This document shows, piece by piece, positions 20,252 to 29,125 of a DNA stretch of 64,000 nucleotides. The notes beneath the pieces were generated by a model. The model saw only the letters and a program-made list of their open reading frames with translations, had not been told where the DNA came from and made no database searches. Origin of the DNA: Candidatus Bathyarchaeota archaeon (GTDB taxonomy: Archaea > Thermoproteota > Bathyarchaeia > Bathyarchaeales > Bathycorpusculaceae); NCBI GenBank assembly GCA_963733095.1, contig CAVTBV010000007.1:64001-128000 (forward strand). The letters run 5' to 3'. Position 1 is the stretch's first letter, and the number at the start of each line of letters is the position of its first letter. Position numbers and translations under genes: made by a program.

Positions 20252-20638
20252 TTAGGTTTCTGTTTTTGGGTCAACAGCTTTTTTTTCGAGCATTAAACCA
20301 ATGATGGTTGGTGCGATGATGCCTATAAAATATGGAATCCACGTTCTAACATCTGAGAAGTAGCTAAACCCTGTGAAGGGTACTGCAACAAAGCAGACGT
20401 CAAGTAGAATAAAAAAGCCTGCCCAAACTGCACCTATAGTTAATCCCTTCCTAAAACTAAGAGGTTTAGCTATAAATGCGAACGCAAAAACAAGTGCAGT
20501 CACAAAAACTGTTGTTACAACCCAAACCCACCAAACGTTTGAGTCGAAGCCAAGCAATACTATGGCTGCAACCTCTAAAGAAATGATGACATAAATTAAA
20601 ATGGGGTAAAGAAGGAGCTTCTTTAAATCTTTAGGCAT
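20252..20638 (-). CDS. Hypothetical 4-TM membrane protein
   Basis: Hydrophobic ORF co-oriented with neighbours. Confidence 0.7.
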   Translation of the reverse strand: MPKDLKKLLLYPILIYVIISLEVAAIVLLGFDSNVWWVWVVTTVFVTALVFAFAFIAKPLSFRKGLTIGAVWAGFFILLDVCFVAVPFTGFSYFSDVRTWIPYFIGIIAPTIIGLMLEKKAVDPKTET

Positions 20639-20777
20639 AAGCTAAATTGTTTATCTATCTAGTTTATTTATGTTTTTTGTAAATGAATCATACGGCGGTA
20701 AAACCCTTGTGCTGTTTGTGTTCTTTAAGCATCGTTTAACGCTTGTTTCTTTTGCCATTTGCGCCTTTTTCCGTGGA

Positions 20778-20803
20778 TGGTGGACTCGCTGGGATTTGAA
20801 CTC
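20778..20803 (-). other. tRNA 3'-end fragment (att-like scar)
   Basis: Minus strand GAGTTCAAATCCCAGCGAGTCCACCA. Confidence 0.75.
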
Positions 20804-20988
20804 TATTTTCTCGATCTCCTTACCAAGTAAAAAAGATTCATAACCAATGAAAGACCGATCATTATTCCTTCAACGAAAGCTGAAATAGAAAAGCCCAAAT
20901 ACTCAAAATCTGTAAAGCGCCCTAAAAGAATCCCGATAGCTAAAGAAATCATGCCTATTGACAAGGCAGTTTCATCCTTAAGCCCCAT
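20803..20988 (-). CDS. Small 2-TM membrane protein
   Basis: 61 aa, two hydrophobic helices, GGTGA ribosome site. Confidence 0.7.
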   Translation of the reverse strand: MGLKDETALSIGMISLAIGILLGRFTDFEYLGFSISAFVEGIMIGLSLVMNLFYLVRRSRK

Positions 20989-21100
20989 CTAATTCACCAA
21001 GAATAATAGTAAGCCTTTTTCAATTAAGATTTTTTGGTCGTTTGATCCTGTACTGCAGAAAAAATAATTCCCACAAATTCTTCCATCCATAAGGAGCTTG

Positions 21101-21272
21101 CAGGGGAACCAAATCCCAAACTTCAAAATAGAAATTGTGCTGGGGATGGAGTTTAACTCTCCAAGAAAGATGAAGCTTGCGGGATATAGAAGCTACACCC
21201 CCCTGGCAACTTGAGCAGCCGTTGCCTCGAACCCTCTGTGATTGGAGAAATCACCCGTACCACCTCATTTTT
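21101..21272 (-). repeat. T-arm element with repeat-C insert
   Basis: Inverted match to 14040-14168 plus CGGGTGATTTCTCC head. Confidence 0.85.
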
Positions 21273-21284
21273 CATTAAAAATAC

Positions 21285-21456
21285 AGGGCGATTTGGTATT
21301 GCTGATTCCGCAACAACCTACGAGTATAAACGCTCCTTTGGGGTTGCGTGAGAAAGGAACGGTACCCTGAGCTTCGGCAAGACGGGAGGCGTATTTCACC
21401 CCAAAGCCTGCATCTAAGACCAGATAAGGCAACGTTAGATCTCGCTTGCCCGCCCC
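21285..21456 (-). ncRNA. Candidate structured ncRNA
   Basis: GC-richer intergenic segment with several nested stems (see findings). Confidence 0.35.
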
Positions 21457-21505
21457 ACGTATAATACTTCATAAAAACTTCGTTGTGATGGTTGGATGAG
21501 TTTAT

Positions 21506-21805
21506 TCATGATGTAGCAACAACCTCTCCATCGTAGGTTTGCAGGACAAGCTTATTCCAAATACCGCTTTCCCGCAACCAGTTTCTATAGTTTTCAGCTC
21601 CTACTTTTCCCAGCTCCTCGGATTGCCATTCAGCTACGGCTACTGTTACTTCTGCGCTGGCACGCATCAGCCTATAACTTATGAACCCCGCCTGCTTCTG
21701 GAAAACCTTAATGCCTTCATTATTTATCCTTTCAAATACCTCCTCTGCCTCAGGTGAACTGAGGTCTATACTCCATTTCCCTATGGAACAACGAAGATAC
21801 GTCAA
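21506..21805 (-). CDS. ABM-like (dimeric alpha+beta barrel) protein
   Basis: KQAGFISYRLM..AVAEWQSEE pattern. Confidence 0.65.
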   Translation of the reverse strand: MTYLRCSIGKWSIDLSSPEAEEVFERINNEGIKVFQKQAGFISYRLMRASAEVTVAVAEWQSEELGKVGAENYRNWLRESGIWNKLVLQTYDGEVVATS

Positions 21806-21936
21806 AAAATTTTCACCCTTGAAGGTTTAGAACAACGCCATAATTAACAATTTTGCTGAAAAGCGCTTTAAATGTCTGATTGAGTCACTTCTCGTTTCTT
21901 GGCATTAGTTGATTCGCATCGCATCAGCTGGTGAAT

Positions 21937-22034
21937 AGGGAACCGAACCTTGACCATCCATCTCAGTATTTGTACTGGGGATGGGGGTTGAACCCATGAC
22001 AGGCTCGGGATTTCACTCGCATAACCCCCTTTTT
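21937..22034 (-). repeat. T-arm element, most complete copy
   Basis: Minus strand AAAAAGGGGG..GCGAGTGAAATCCC..ATGGG-TTCAACC-CCCAT-CCCCAGTACAA..ATGGATGG..GGTTCGGTTCCC. Confidence 0.75.
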
Positions 22035-22074
22035 CTAATTCAGTTATTAGGTTGTTAGGCTGCTTTGTCTTTTC

Positions 22075-22410
22075 TTATTCAGGTTGTTCGCCATCTCCAC
22101 ATGCTAGTCCAGTCATAGCTTTGACGTAAGCTGATGCTTCTTTAAATGTCTTGAATGGTCCATAAAAGAAGTCGTATTGAGAATGGGATTCTTTGGTGGG
22201 TTGCGTATCAGACTCGATAGTTTCGGGTCTCTTTCCTTCTTTAAACCCTAAGTAAATTTGCAAGTCATTAACGCCTTTTAGTATTTCATACGACGAAGTG
22301 ACAGGTACAACTTTATTTAGCATTCCGCCTACGGACCAGTATTTTTCTTCGGAGAGTTTGATTGAACATTCTCCATCTCGAGGCGTCCACTCGCGAAACC
22401 CTTTGGGCAC
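22075..22410 (-). CDS. Hypothetical protein
   Basis: 111-aa ORF, GTG start overlapping the upstream stop. Confidence 0.55.
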   Translation of the reverse strand: MPKGFREWTPRDGECSIKLSEEKYWSVGGMLNKVVPVTSSYEILKGVNDLQIYLGFKEGKRPETIESDTQPTKESHSQYDFFYGPFKTFKEASAYVKAMTGLACGDGEQPE

Positions 22411-22550
22411 TATTTTTTCTCGCGTTTTTTGCCTAATTTGATTAAGCTTCTGACTCGCTGCCCTCCGCGTTGGCCGGCTTCTTCTAAGCTGACTTTTTCC
22501 CGAGCTCCTTTTGAGCCTTCATGCTGCTTGGCCCGTTTGGCGCCGACGAC
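22410..22550 (-). pseudogene. 5'-truncated KGG/stress-protein-like fragment
   Basis: ..KVSLEEAGQRGGQRVRSLIKLGKKREKK*; no in-frame start, cut at repeat D. Confidence 0.4.
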
Positions 22551-22632
22551 AAATTGGCTTAAGATATACCATGGCTAAACTACCCCAACAAACTCGGGGT
22601 CATTCACTACGCGAGTTGTCTCACTTTTTAAG
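22549..22632. repeat. Direct repeat D, copy 2
   Basis: Match to 6835-6918. Confidence 0.9.
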
Positions 22633-22751
22633 CCTGTCTTCGCTTTGCCCCCAACTAATACCGTGTGTAGCTAATGCGGTTTTTCTAAAAGAGGGTTAAA
22701 GCCCAATACTAATTAGCTTAGACGCCTAGAAATGTAAGTTGGTAATCAAGT

Positions 22752-23666
22752 TTGCCTGAGTTTCTTGTCGGCACTGGCGGTTGGGCTTACTTCAAAGTTC
22801 CAAACAAGTCCTCTCTTAAGGCATACTCTGAAGTGTTCAACTTTGTAGAAGTCAACTATACATTCTATGAATATCCCTCAGTTCAGGCGGTTCAAAGATG
22901 GCGCAAGACTGTTCCGAGTGATTTTACTTTTTCAGTTCGATGCCACCAAGACCTAACCCACAGCAAAGGTTTTGTACCTACCAGTCAAGCTTACGAAGTA
23001 TTCTATCAAATGAGAAATTATTGTAACCTGCTCAACTCTCCATACTTAGTTTTTGAAACACCCGCCAAATACGAGATTAATCAGGAGAATCTGCAGGATG
23101 CAAAAGATTTCTTTTCTTCTTTAAATTTTGATGGATTGAGGCTGGTTTGGGAGTACAGGGCACCTATAACTCAAACAGTCGTTGACCTCATGGAGGATTT
23201 TGACATTATTCAATGCGTTGACCTATCAAGGCAACGTCCAGGTTACAGTGTGGATGTTACTTATTCAAGGCTGTTTGGCAAAGGGCAGCACAACATCTAT
23301 CAATTTAGCGACGTTGAATTGGCAGAGATAGATCATAAAGCTCAAGAAACAAATTCCAAAACAGTAATTTTATCATACCACGGCTTGAGAATGAACTCCG
23401 ACGCCATACGCTTCAAGCACTACAAGAGCACAGGGCACTTTCTCCCCGTTACTTCTTACACAGGTGTTGATTCCGCGAGAGCAGTCTTAGCTGAAGATAT
23501 GACTTTTCCGGCTTCGAAAGCCGAGTTGAAAGCTAAGCAAGGATGGAAAGTCATCGACGCAAGCAAGGATAGACGAGTGCATCTTTTTGAGTTCTTGGAC
23601 AAGATTCCTGACAAAACATATTCTAACGTTGATGAGGTCATTGAAGAGTTGAGGGCGATGTTTTGA
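22752..23666 (+). CDS. DUF72 (YecE-like) protein with C-terminal DUF2795-like domain
   Basis: VGTGGW, VEVNYTFY; tail FPASKAEL..IPDKTYSNVDEV. Confidence 0.8.
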   Translation: MPEFLVGTGGWAYFKVPNKSSLKAYSEVFNFVEVNYTFYEYPSVQAVQRWRKTVPSDFTFSVRCHQDLTHSKGFVPTSQAYEVFYQMRNYCNLLNSPYLVFETPAKYEINQENLQDAKDFFSSLNFDGLRLVWEYRAPITQTVVDLMEDFDIIQCVDLSRQRPGYSVDVTYSRLFGKGQHNIYQFSDVELAEIDHKAQETNSKTVILSYHGLRMNSDAIRFKHYKSTGHFLPVTSYTGVDSARAVLAEDMTFPASKAELKAKQGWKVIDASKDRRVHLFEFLDKIPDKTYSNVDEVIEELRAMF

Positions 23667-24490
23667 GCAACGAAAATATTCTTCTTGGAACCTGTGGCTG
23701 GAGCTACAAGGAATGGGAAGGTGTCTTTTACCCCAAGAAAAACATCGAAAGCAAGCTCAGGGCCTATTCAAGAATTTTTAAAACCGCTGAGATAGATTCA
23801 ACCTTCTACCGTAATCCAACAAAAGGCACAGTTATGGGTTGGCTTAGGTATTCGCCTCCAGATTTTGTGTTCACGGCTAAACTGCCCAAAACTATAACGC
23901 ATGACAACATGCTTGGATTAAAGAAAGAGGTTAAGGCAGACTTGGAGGTTTTCTTGGATTTGATGAGGCCGTTGCTGCTTGGGGGTAAACTCGGTTGTCT
24001 GCTTATTCAGCTACCGCCAAAATACTCCTATAACCCTGAGAACCTTGAAGCATTCTTTGGGATGCTTGATCCAACTTTTCGTTACGCGGTGGAATTCAGA
24101 AACGTCACGTGGATATTGCCGGAAACCAAGACATTCGAACTTCTAAAGCAATATGGGGTTGCTTACACGATTGTTGATGAGCCGCTTCTGCCCCCAGAAG
24201 TTCATCTAACGACTGATTTCGCCTATTTTCGTTGGCATGGCAGAGGTGATGACATTTGGTTTGACTACCTTTACACTGAAGAAGAATTGGCGCCTTGGGT
24301 GCCAAAGGTCCAGGAAGCAGCCAAGAACGTCAAGAAAGTCTACGGATACTTCAACAATCACTATCACGGCTACGCGCCTGAGAATTGCCTGCAAATGCTT
24401 GAAAAACTTAATTTGCTGTCAGAAAACCAAAGGAAGGTCAAGTATAAACCGAAGACTAAGCAAGCCCAGTTAGGATCATTCTTCAATTAG
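23663..24490 (+). CDS. DUF72 (YecE-like) protein with C-terminal PIP box
   Basis: LGTCGWSYKEW, EIDSTFY, QLPP, VEFR, YFRWHGR, YFNNH; ends QAQLGSFFN. Confidence 0.9.
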   Translation: MSNENILLGTCGWSYKEWEGVFYPKKNIESKLRAYSRIFKTAEIDSTFYRNPTKGTVMGWLRYSPPDFVFTAKLPKTITHDNMLGLKKEVKADLEVFLDLMRPLLLGGKLGCLLIQLPPKYSYNPENLEAFFGMLDPTFRYAVEFRNVTWILPETKTFELLKQYGVAYTIVDEPLLPPEVHLTTDFAYFRWHGRGDDIWFDYLYTEEELAPWVPKVQEAAKNVKKVYGYFNNHYHGYAPENCLQMLEKLNLLSENQRKVKYKPKTKQAQLGSFFN

Positions 24491-24598
24491 TTTGCTCCAA
24501 TTACCGGATGTTGTTTGAAAAACCCCTTAATTAGAAGAAAGAATTATTTGAAATCTTGAGCAAGGAAAAAAAGAAAAGAAGATGATTTGTGTTTTGAC

Positions 24599-27202
24599 TT
24601 AAGGTCGTTTTCTTACTGTTAGCAATGCGAGCACTACAAATCCTATTATGATAACAACGATTATCGCTGCAACTGATGGAACAAAGTATTGGTCGGCCAT
24701 CGATGGTGCCGCAGTAGCCACTGGTGCTGTTGTTGGTGCTGGATTTGCTGCGTTAAAGTGTGTCTCAGCAGATGATGGGTAATATGATTCTGAACCCGCG
24801 AAGTTAGCAAACACAGTATAGTCACCTGATATATCTGGAGTCCAAGTCAATGCAAACGTGCCGCTGACATCGCTTGTTGTGCTTCCGATTTGTCTATAGT
24901 TGCCGTTAGAATCAACCACGCTTATGGTTACTGGTACACCGGTTGTGTTGGTTAGCATTGGTTGCTGCTGATATACTGTTTCCATGAACCGACTCATGCT
25001 TTCATCAGAGACGCATGGTAGACCGTTGGGGAAGTTTGCTGCTACCGCATCTTGCTTTGTTCCGGCGGAAATATCGGTTATTGTACCACTGATCGTTATT
25101 GATGTTGAAGTTGTTACACCAACATTAGGAGCTGTGACTGTCAGGTGGCTTGGTCCTTTGCCGTAGGAGTATATTTGATTGTCATAACCGTTGAACCAAA
25201 CCATATAGCCGTCGGCGACAGCGGGTGAACTGCCGATGTCAAAGCTTAGGCTATCCCAGATTAAGTCGCCCGTCGTTGCGTTTAGGCAGTAAAGCTTTGC
25301 GCCTTTAAACACTGGGGGCGTATAGTCGTGTCCAGCTCTAACGTAAATTTTGTCGTCTGCAAGAATGTAGTGTGACCACCAAGTACCTAAGGGCCAGGTG
25401 CCATATGGCGTATCGATTCCGGCATTTCCAGCATACCAACTCCACTTAAGCTGTCCAGATGTACCATCATAGCAGTAAACTGAGCCGCCTAGTCCCCAGG
25501 TGTAGAAGTTACCGTTGCCAAATGCGCCGTTGCCGCTAAAGTCATAGTAGTCCCATGAACTGTTTTCTGGTGGAGTTGTCCATAGTTTCTCGCCTGTTGT
25601 TACATCATAAGCAGTCCAGGTCATAGTTTGTTGAGTGTATTCAGCGTATTTGTCTTCACCTGCTTGTGTAACAACAGTGGTAAAGGGTGTTAGTGTTCTG
25701 TTTACGGGTCCCCATAGCAATTGTCCTGTGCTTGCACTGTAGCCAGCGTCAATCTCATAGCCCAATTGAGAGCCTCCAGGTGGTCCTGTGAATATTCCTC
25801 CCGGGATTGCACTTGTCAGTACTACATTATCTGTAACTTTGGATACGGCCAGTCCGGGGATTATTGGTACTCCGCTAATATTGGTGGCTAGAGGTATACT
25901 CCATTGGTATCCGTCATTCCAATCGATTGTTGCTCCTTGAGGAGGTCGCCAGATTTCAGCAGAGCTATAGGTTAAATAGAACAGGTTTTTCTGAGAGCCT
26001 GCTGCGATGCATTTTGTTGAGTTCCACATGTTTAACTTGCCGTTTGCTGCAGTGTAACTTAGTATTTCGCCGTTTGGACCCGCGACAAGCGTTCCAGAGC
26101 TTACGTTTGCAATGTTGAGAATCCAAGCGCCAGTCATAGCGTCGTACATTTCCCAGTTGCTTCCAGGCGGATAAGGAATGAATCCGATAGTTGCTGGTGC
26201 GCAGAACAAGTAGGCGTGGCCTCCGTATTGATCTCCGGTTATGAAGTTGAGTATCATTCCGCATTTTAGTGGGGTGGTAATGTTTCTTTCCCAAACAGTT
26301 TCGCCTGTTCGCATGTCTACAGCTTTCAAGCCTGTCGGATTGTTTCCAGCTCCCGGATATTCACTGTAGTAGAGGATTCCATTAAGAATAACTGCTCCAA
26401 ACTTGGTTTCATAGGCCGTCCCAGTAGCGTAGAGACCAGTTTCTGAACTGCCAAATTCGCCTCCGATTTGACCGCCGAAAGCCTCTGGCAGAGTCCACAT
26501 AACGTGCGCGCTATTGGGAGCTGTCGTGTATGGATCATAGTTGCCAGTGTTTGCATATAGTCCTGTTGCGCCAAAGTTTGTTGCTCCAAGTCCAAGCCAG
26601 TTCCCGCCGATTGAAGCCCATTCTCTATTCATCGAGCTTATTGGACGTGTCCAGTAATTTGTCGGTAGAGGATTAGGTGTATATGTTAGGCTTACTGGAT
26701 CTTGCTGCACAGTGAGAGTTGCGCTTGCACTGCTCGCTAGATAAGTATCGTTTAAGTAGTCAAGCCCAAGAGGAACAAAGCCGGCACCATAGGGATAGGG
26801 ATTTTCATTTAATGCTACTTGACCGGGGTATTCCATGTAGAATTTGTATGTTCCAGCGACAGTTGGTGTATATCTTGTTGATGCGCCGCCGTTTACGTCT
26901 GAGTTGAAGCTTCCCAGCGTTTCGTTAGTTCCATCTGGTTTGGTTACGGTGACTTTCATGTTGTGCCATCTTGAACCCCATTGTCCTTCTGCGCCAATTG
27001 GCACTTTATCAAGCCAGAACGCGACAGTAGTTTGTTGGCCAACTCCTATTGGGTTTGGTGCAACGACCATGAAGGCGTAGGTTGGAACTTGCCATGGAGG
27101 TGTGTGTGCACTTGCGGCTGGGATTAGCGTTATTGAAGGTAGTGAGGATAGCATAAAGAGCAATGTTGTTGCAATTGCAAGAAATTTACGTATTTTTTTC
27201 AT
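24599..27202 (-). CDS. PQQ-like beta-propeller cell-surface protein (Bathyarchaeia-type family)
   Basis: Signal peptide, repeated xTGxxxW blades, C-terminal TM + RKRP; paralog of 62299-64000. Confidence 0.85.
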   Translation of the reverse strand: MKKIRKFLAIATTLLFMLSSLPSITLIPAASAHTPPWQVPTYAFMVVAPNPIGVGQQTTVAFWLDKVPIGAEGQWGSRWHNMKVTVTKPDGTNETLGSFNSDVNGGASTRYTPTVAGTYKFYMEYPGQVALNENPYPYGAGFVPLGLDYLNDTYLASSASATLTVQQDPVSLTYTPNPLPTNYWTRPISSMNREWASIGGNWLGLGATNFGATGLYANTGNYDPYTTAPNSAHVMWTLPEAFGGQIGGEFGSSETGLYATGTAYETKFGAVILNGILYYSEYPGAGNNPTGLKAVDMRTGETVWERNITTPLKCGMILNFITGDQYGGHAYLFCAPATIGFIPYPPGSNWEMYDAMTGAWILNIANVSSGTLVAGPNGEILSYTAANGKLNMWNSTKCIAAGSQKNLFYLTYSSAEIWRPPQGATIDWNDGYQWSIPLATNISGVPIIPGLAVSKVTDNVVLTSAIPGGIFTGPPGGSQLGYEIDAGYSASTGQLLWGPVNRTLTPFTTVVTQAGEDKYAEYTQQTMTWTAYDVTTGEKLWTTPPENSSWDYYDFSGNGAFGNGNFYTWGLGGSVYCYDGTSGQLKWSWYAGNAGIDTPYGTWPLGTWWSHYILADDKIYVRAGHDYTPPVFKGAKLYCLNATTGDLIWDSLSFDIGSSPAVADGYMVWFNGYDNQIYSYGKGPSHLTVTAPNVGVTTSTSITISGTITDISAGTKQDAVAANFPNGLPCVSDESMSRFMETVYQQQPMLTNTTGVPVTISVVDSNGNYRQIGSTTSDVSGTFALTWTPDISGDYTVFANFAGSESYYPSSAETHFNAANPAPTTAPVATAAPSMADQYFVPSVAAIIVVIIIGFVVLALLTVRKRP

Positions 27203-27570
27203 TTTTATTCTCCTTAGAATTTAAGTCATGAAAAGTGCTTACAAACGCGTTTTCACAACTAACGACTTATGGGTTGTTTTAGTTTAAATAATTTTCCATT
27301 AAAATATTCTACCAAAAAAATAACAGAATAAATGTTGGAATTTAGTCGAGCTTCAATATTGTTGACTTATATCAGTCATTGTAAGATAACTGCAAAGAGC
27401 TCTTTTTTCGTACCCTCCGATTGAATCATAAATGGTTTTTTCGGTGAATATGAGAAGCTAAGCAAACTTGCCGCCGAGGAATATAGGAGCTTTTGGTAGG
27501 GTTTGTTCTTAGTTGCCAAACCAAATCCATTCGAGTGGTTGTGTGTCTGGACCGCCCACATGTTTGCTTT

Positions 27571-27624
27571 TTATCTGTGCATGAAGAGTTCTTTTTTCCA
27601 ATGAATATAGCCGTAGAAGGTAGC
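27571..27624. repeat. Repeat A core, copy 2
   Basis: TTATCTGTGCATGAAGAGTTCTTTTTTCCA..AGCCGTAGAAGG. Confidence 0.85.
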
Positions 27625-27947
27625 AAGCGAACATAAAAATGAGCCTCCTCAGGATACGAGTCCCCTACACATAATTACTTAACGTAGACGGTAAAAGTAC
27701 CCAATTGTCTAGCATGGGAAATGCTTTGAAAAAGCGGTAATAAAACGCTTGGTAATGAAAGCAGCTTGAGATGTTTTGAACATAAAGCTTTTAACCGTTC
27801 AAATTAAAGGATCAAACACACAGTTGAACTCACTTAAACTTGCCACCAGGGCAGAAAAGCGTCTGCAAATTGATATTAAATGTTTAGCCCGCCGTATTAC
27901 AACGTTTTCTTTTGAGGAGAAAAAAAGAAGTCCACCAGTTCATCAAT

Positions 27948-28931
27948 TTAGTGATGATGGTGAGTTAGTGTGCACTGATGTTGGTTGATAGCTAATGCCA
28001 ATAGTTGCGAAAGAGCTGCCGGTGCCTGAGCCATAGTTTGGGCGTCTAGATGTCCTCCAGTTGGTACTACGATCATTGTGTATAAACTGGAATGCCCTGC
28101 GGCTGTTAGGGCTGTTTGGTATTCGATTGTTTGAGAGAGTGGTACAACGAAGTCAGCGCCACCTACCAGACTAATGATTGGAACTTTGATGTTAGTGTTG
28201 TCGACTGGGGATAGGTTTGTGTATGCCTTTGGGTTGTTGTCTGGTGTGCCGTGAGCTTCTAGCTCGATATCCGCCGTGGCTATAGTGCAGAAGTCCTTGA
28301 ATCCTTGAACGACTGAGTCAGGAACTGTTGTAGGCCAGCCTAGCAACGTTCTAATTTGGCTGAGGCTGCTGGTGGCTGTCACTGCACCTGCCTTGTATAT
28401 TAGCGCTAAGTCTTTGGGACCACAAATGTCTAAGACTCCGCTGAAGAGATGTGGGTACTTGTCTGCTAGTAGCAATGCAATTTCACCGCCCATTGACCCT
28501 CCGAAGATGAAGATGTCACCTTTGACGTGGTAGTGTGCGACAACGAATTCAGTTAGCTGATAAGTTGCAGTCATGCCTTCTTTTACACAGTATCCTTGGG
28601 CTCCGTAGTCTGATGCTGCGTAAGCGTATCCTTGGGCGATGAATGGTTCGGCAAGAGCATCAAATTGGAATTGAAGATTAGATTCACGAGTAAATGAGTA
28701 TGCGTGACATCCAATTATTAGCATACCATTCCAGTTGTCGGGGAGTCGTATTACATAGTTTGCATTATTTAGAGTTCCAGTTATCTGAGTATAGTCTACG
28801 CCATAGGCAGTGCCGCGAGTGGTTGTTGTGGTTGATTTGCATGCCATTGCTGGGTTTATAGAAATAAGTGTAATAGTGAAGATAAGCAAAATTGGAACGA
28901 TCATTTTTGCAAGTTTGTTCGTTTCTTTCAC
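27948..28931 (-). CDS. Secreted alpha/beta hydrolase
   Basis: PDNWNG, GGSMGG nucleophile elbow, DFVVP, GGH. Confidence 0.8.
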   Translation of the reverse strand: MKETNKLAKMIVPILLIFTITLISINPAMACKSTTTTTRGTAYGVDYTQITGTLNNANYVIRLPDNWNGMLIIGCHAYSFTRESNLQFQFDALAEPFIAQGYAYAASDYGAQGYCVKEGMTATYQLTEFVVAHYHVKGDIFIFGGSMGGEIALLLADKYPHLFSGVLDICGPKDLALIYKAGAVTATSSLSQIRTLLGWPTTVPDSVVQGFKDFCTIATADIELEAHGTPDNNPKAYTNLSPVDNTNIKVPIISLVGGADFVVPLSQTIEYQTALTAAGHSSLYTMIVVPTGGHLDAQTMAQAPAALSQLLALAINQHQCTLTHHHH

Positions 28932-29125
28932 CTCCGTTTCTGATAGCCTTTAAGTTCAAAAAAATAGTTAACTTTTTTTTATGTGAAATATAGCTTGAAA
29001 AAGCTTGCAAATGGCATCAAAGGTTTAATACATGGTTTTTTTTAATTTTAGAATTATATTGGCTGATAAAAAGCTAAAATAAACTAAAATTTAGGTTTGA
29101 TGGTTATTAAGGGGTTAAAATAGCG

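Noticed and set aside
24599-27202. DGR target/template relationship with the paralog at 62299-64000
   Set aside because: Divergence is general rather than adenine-specific, and there is no reverse transcriptase.
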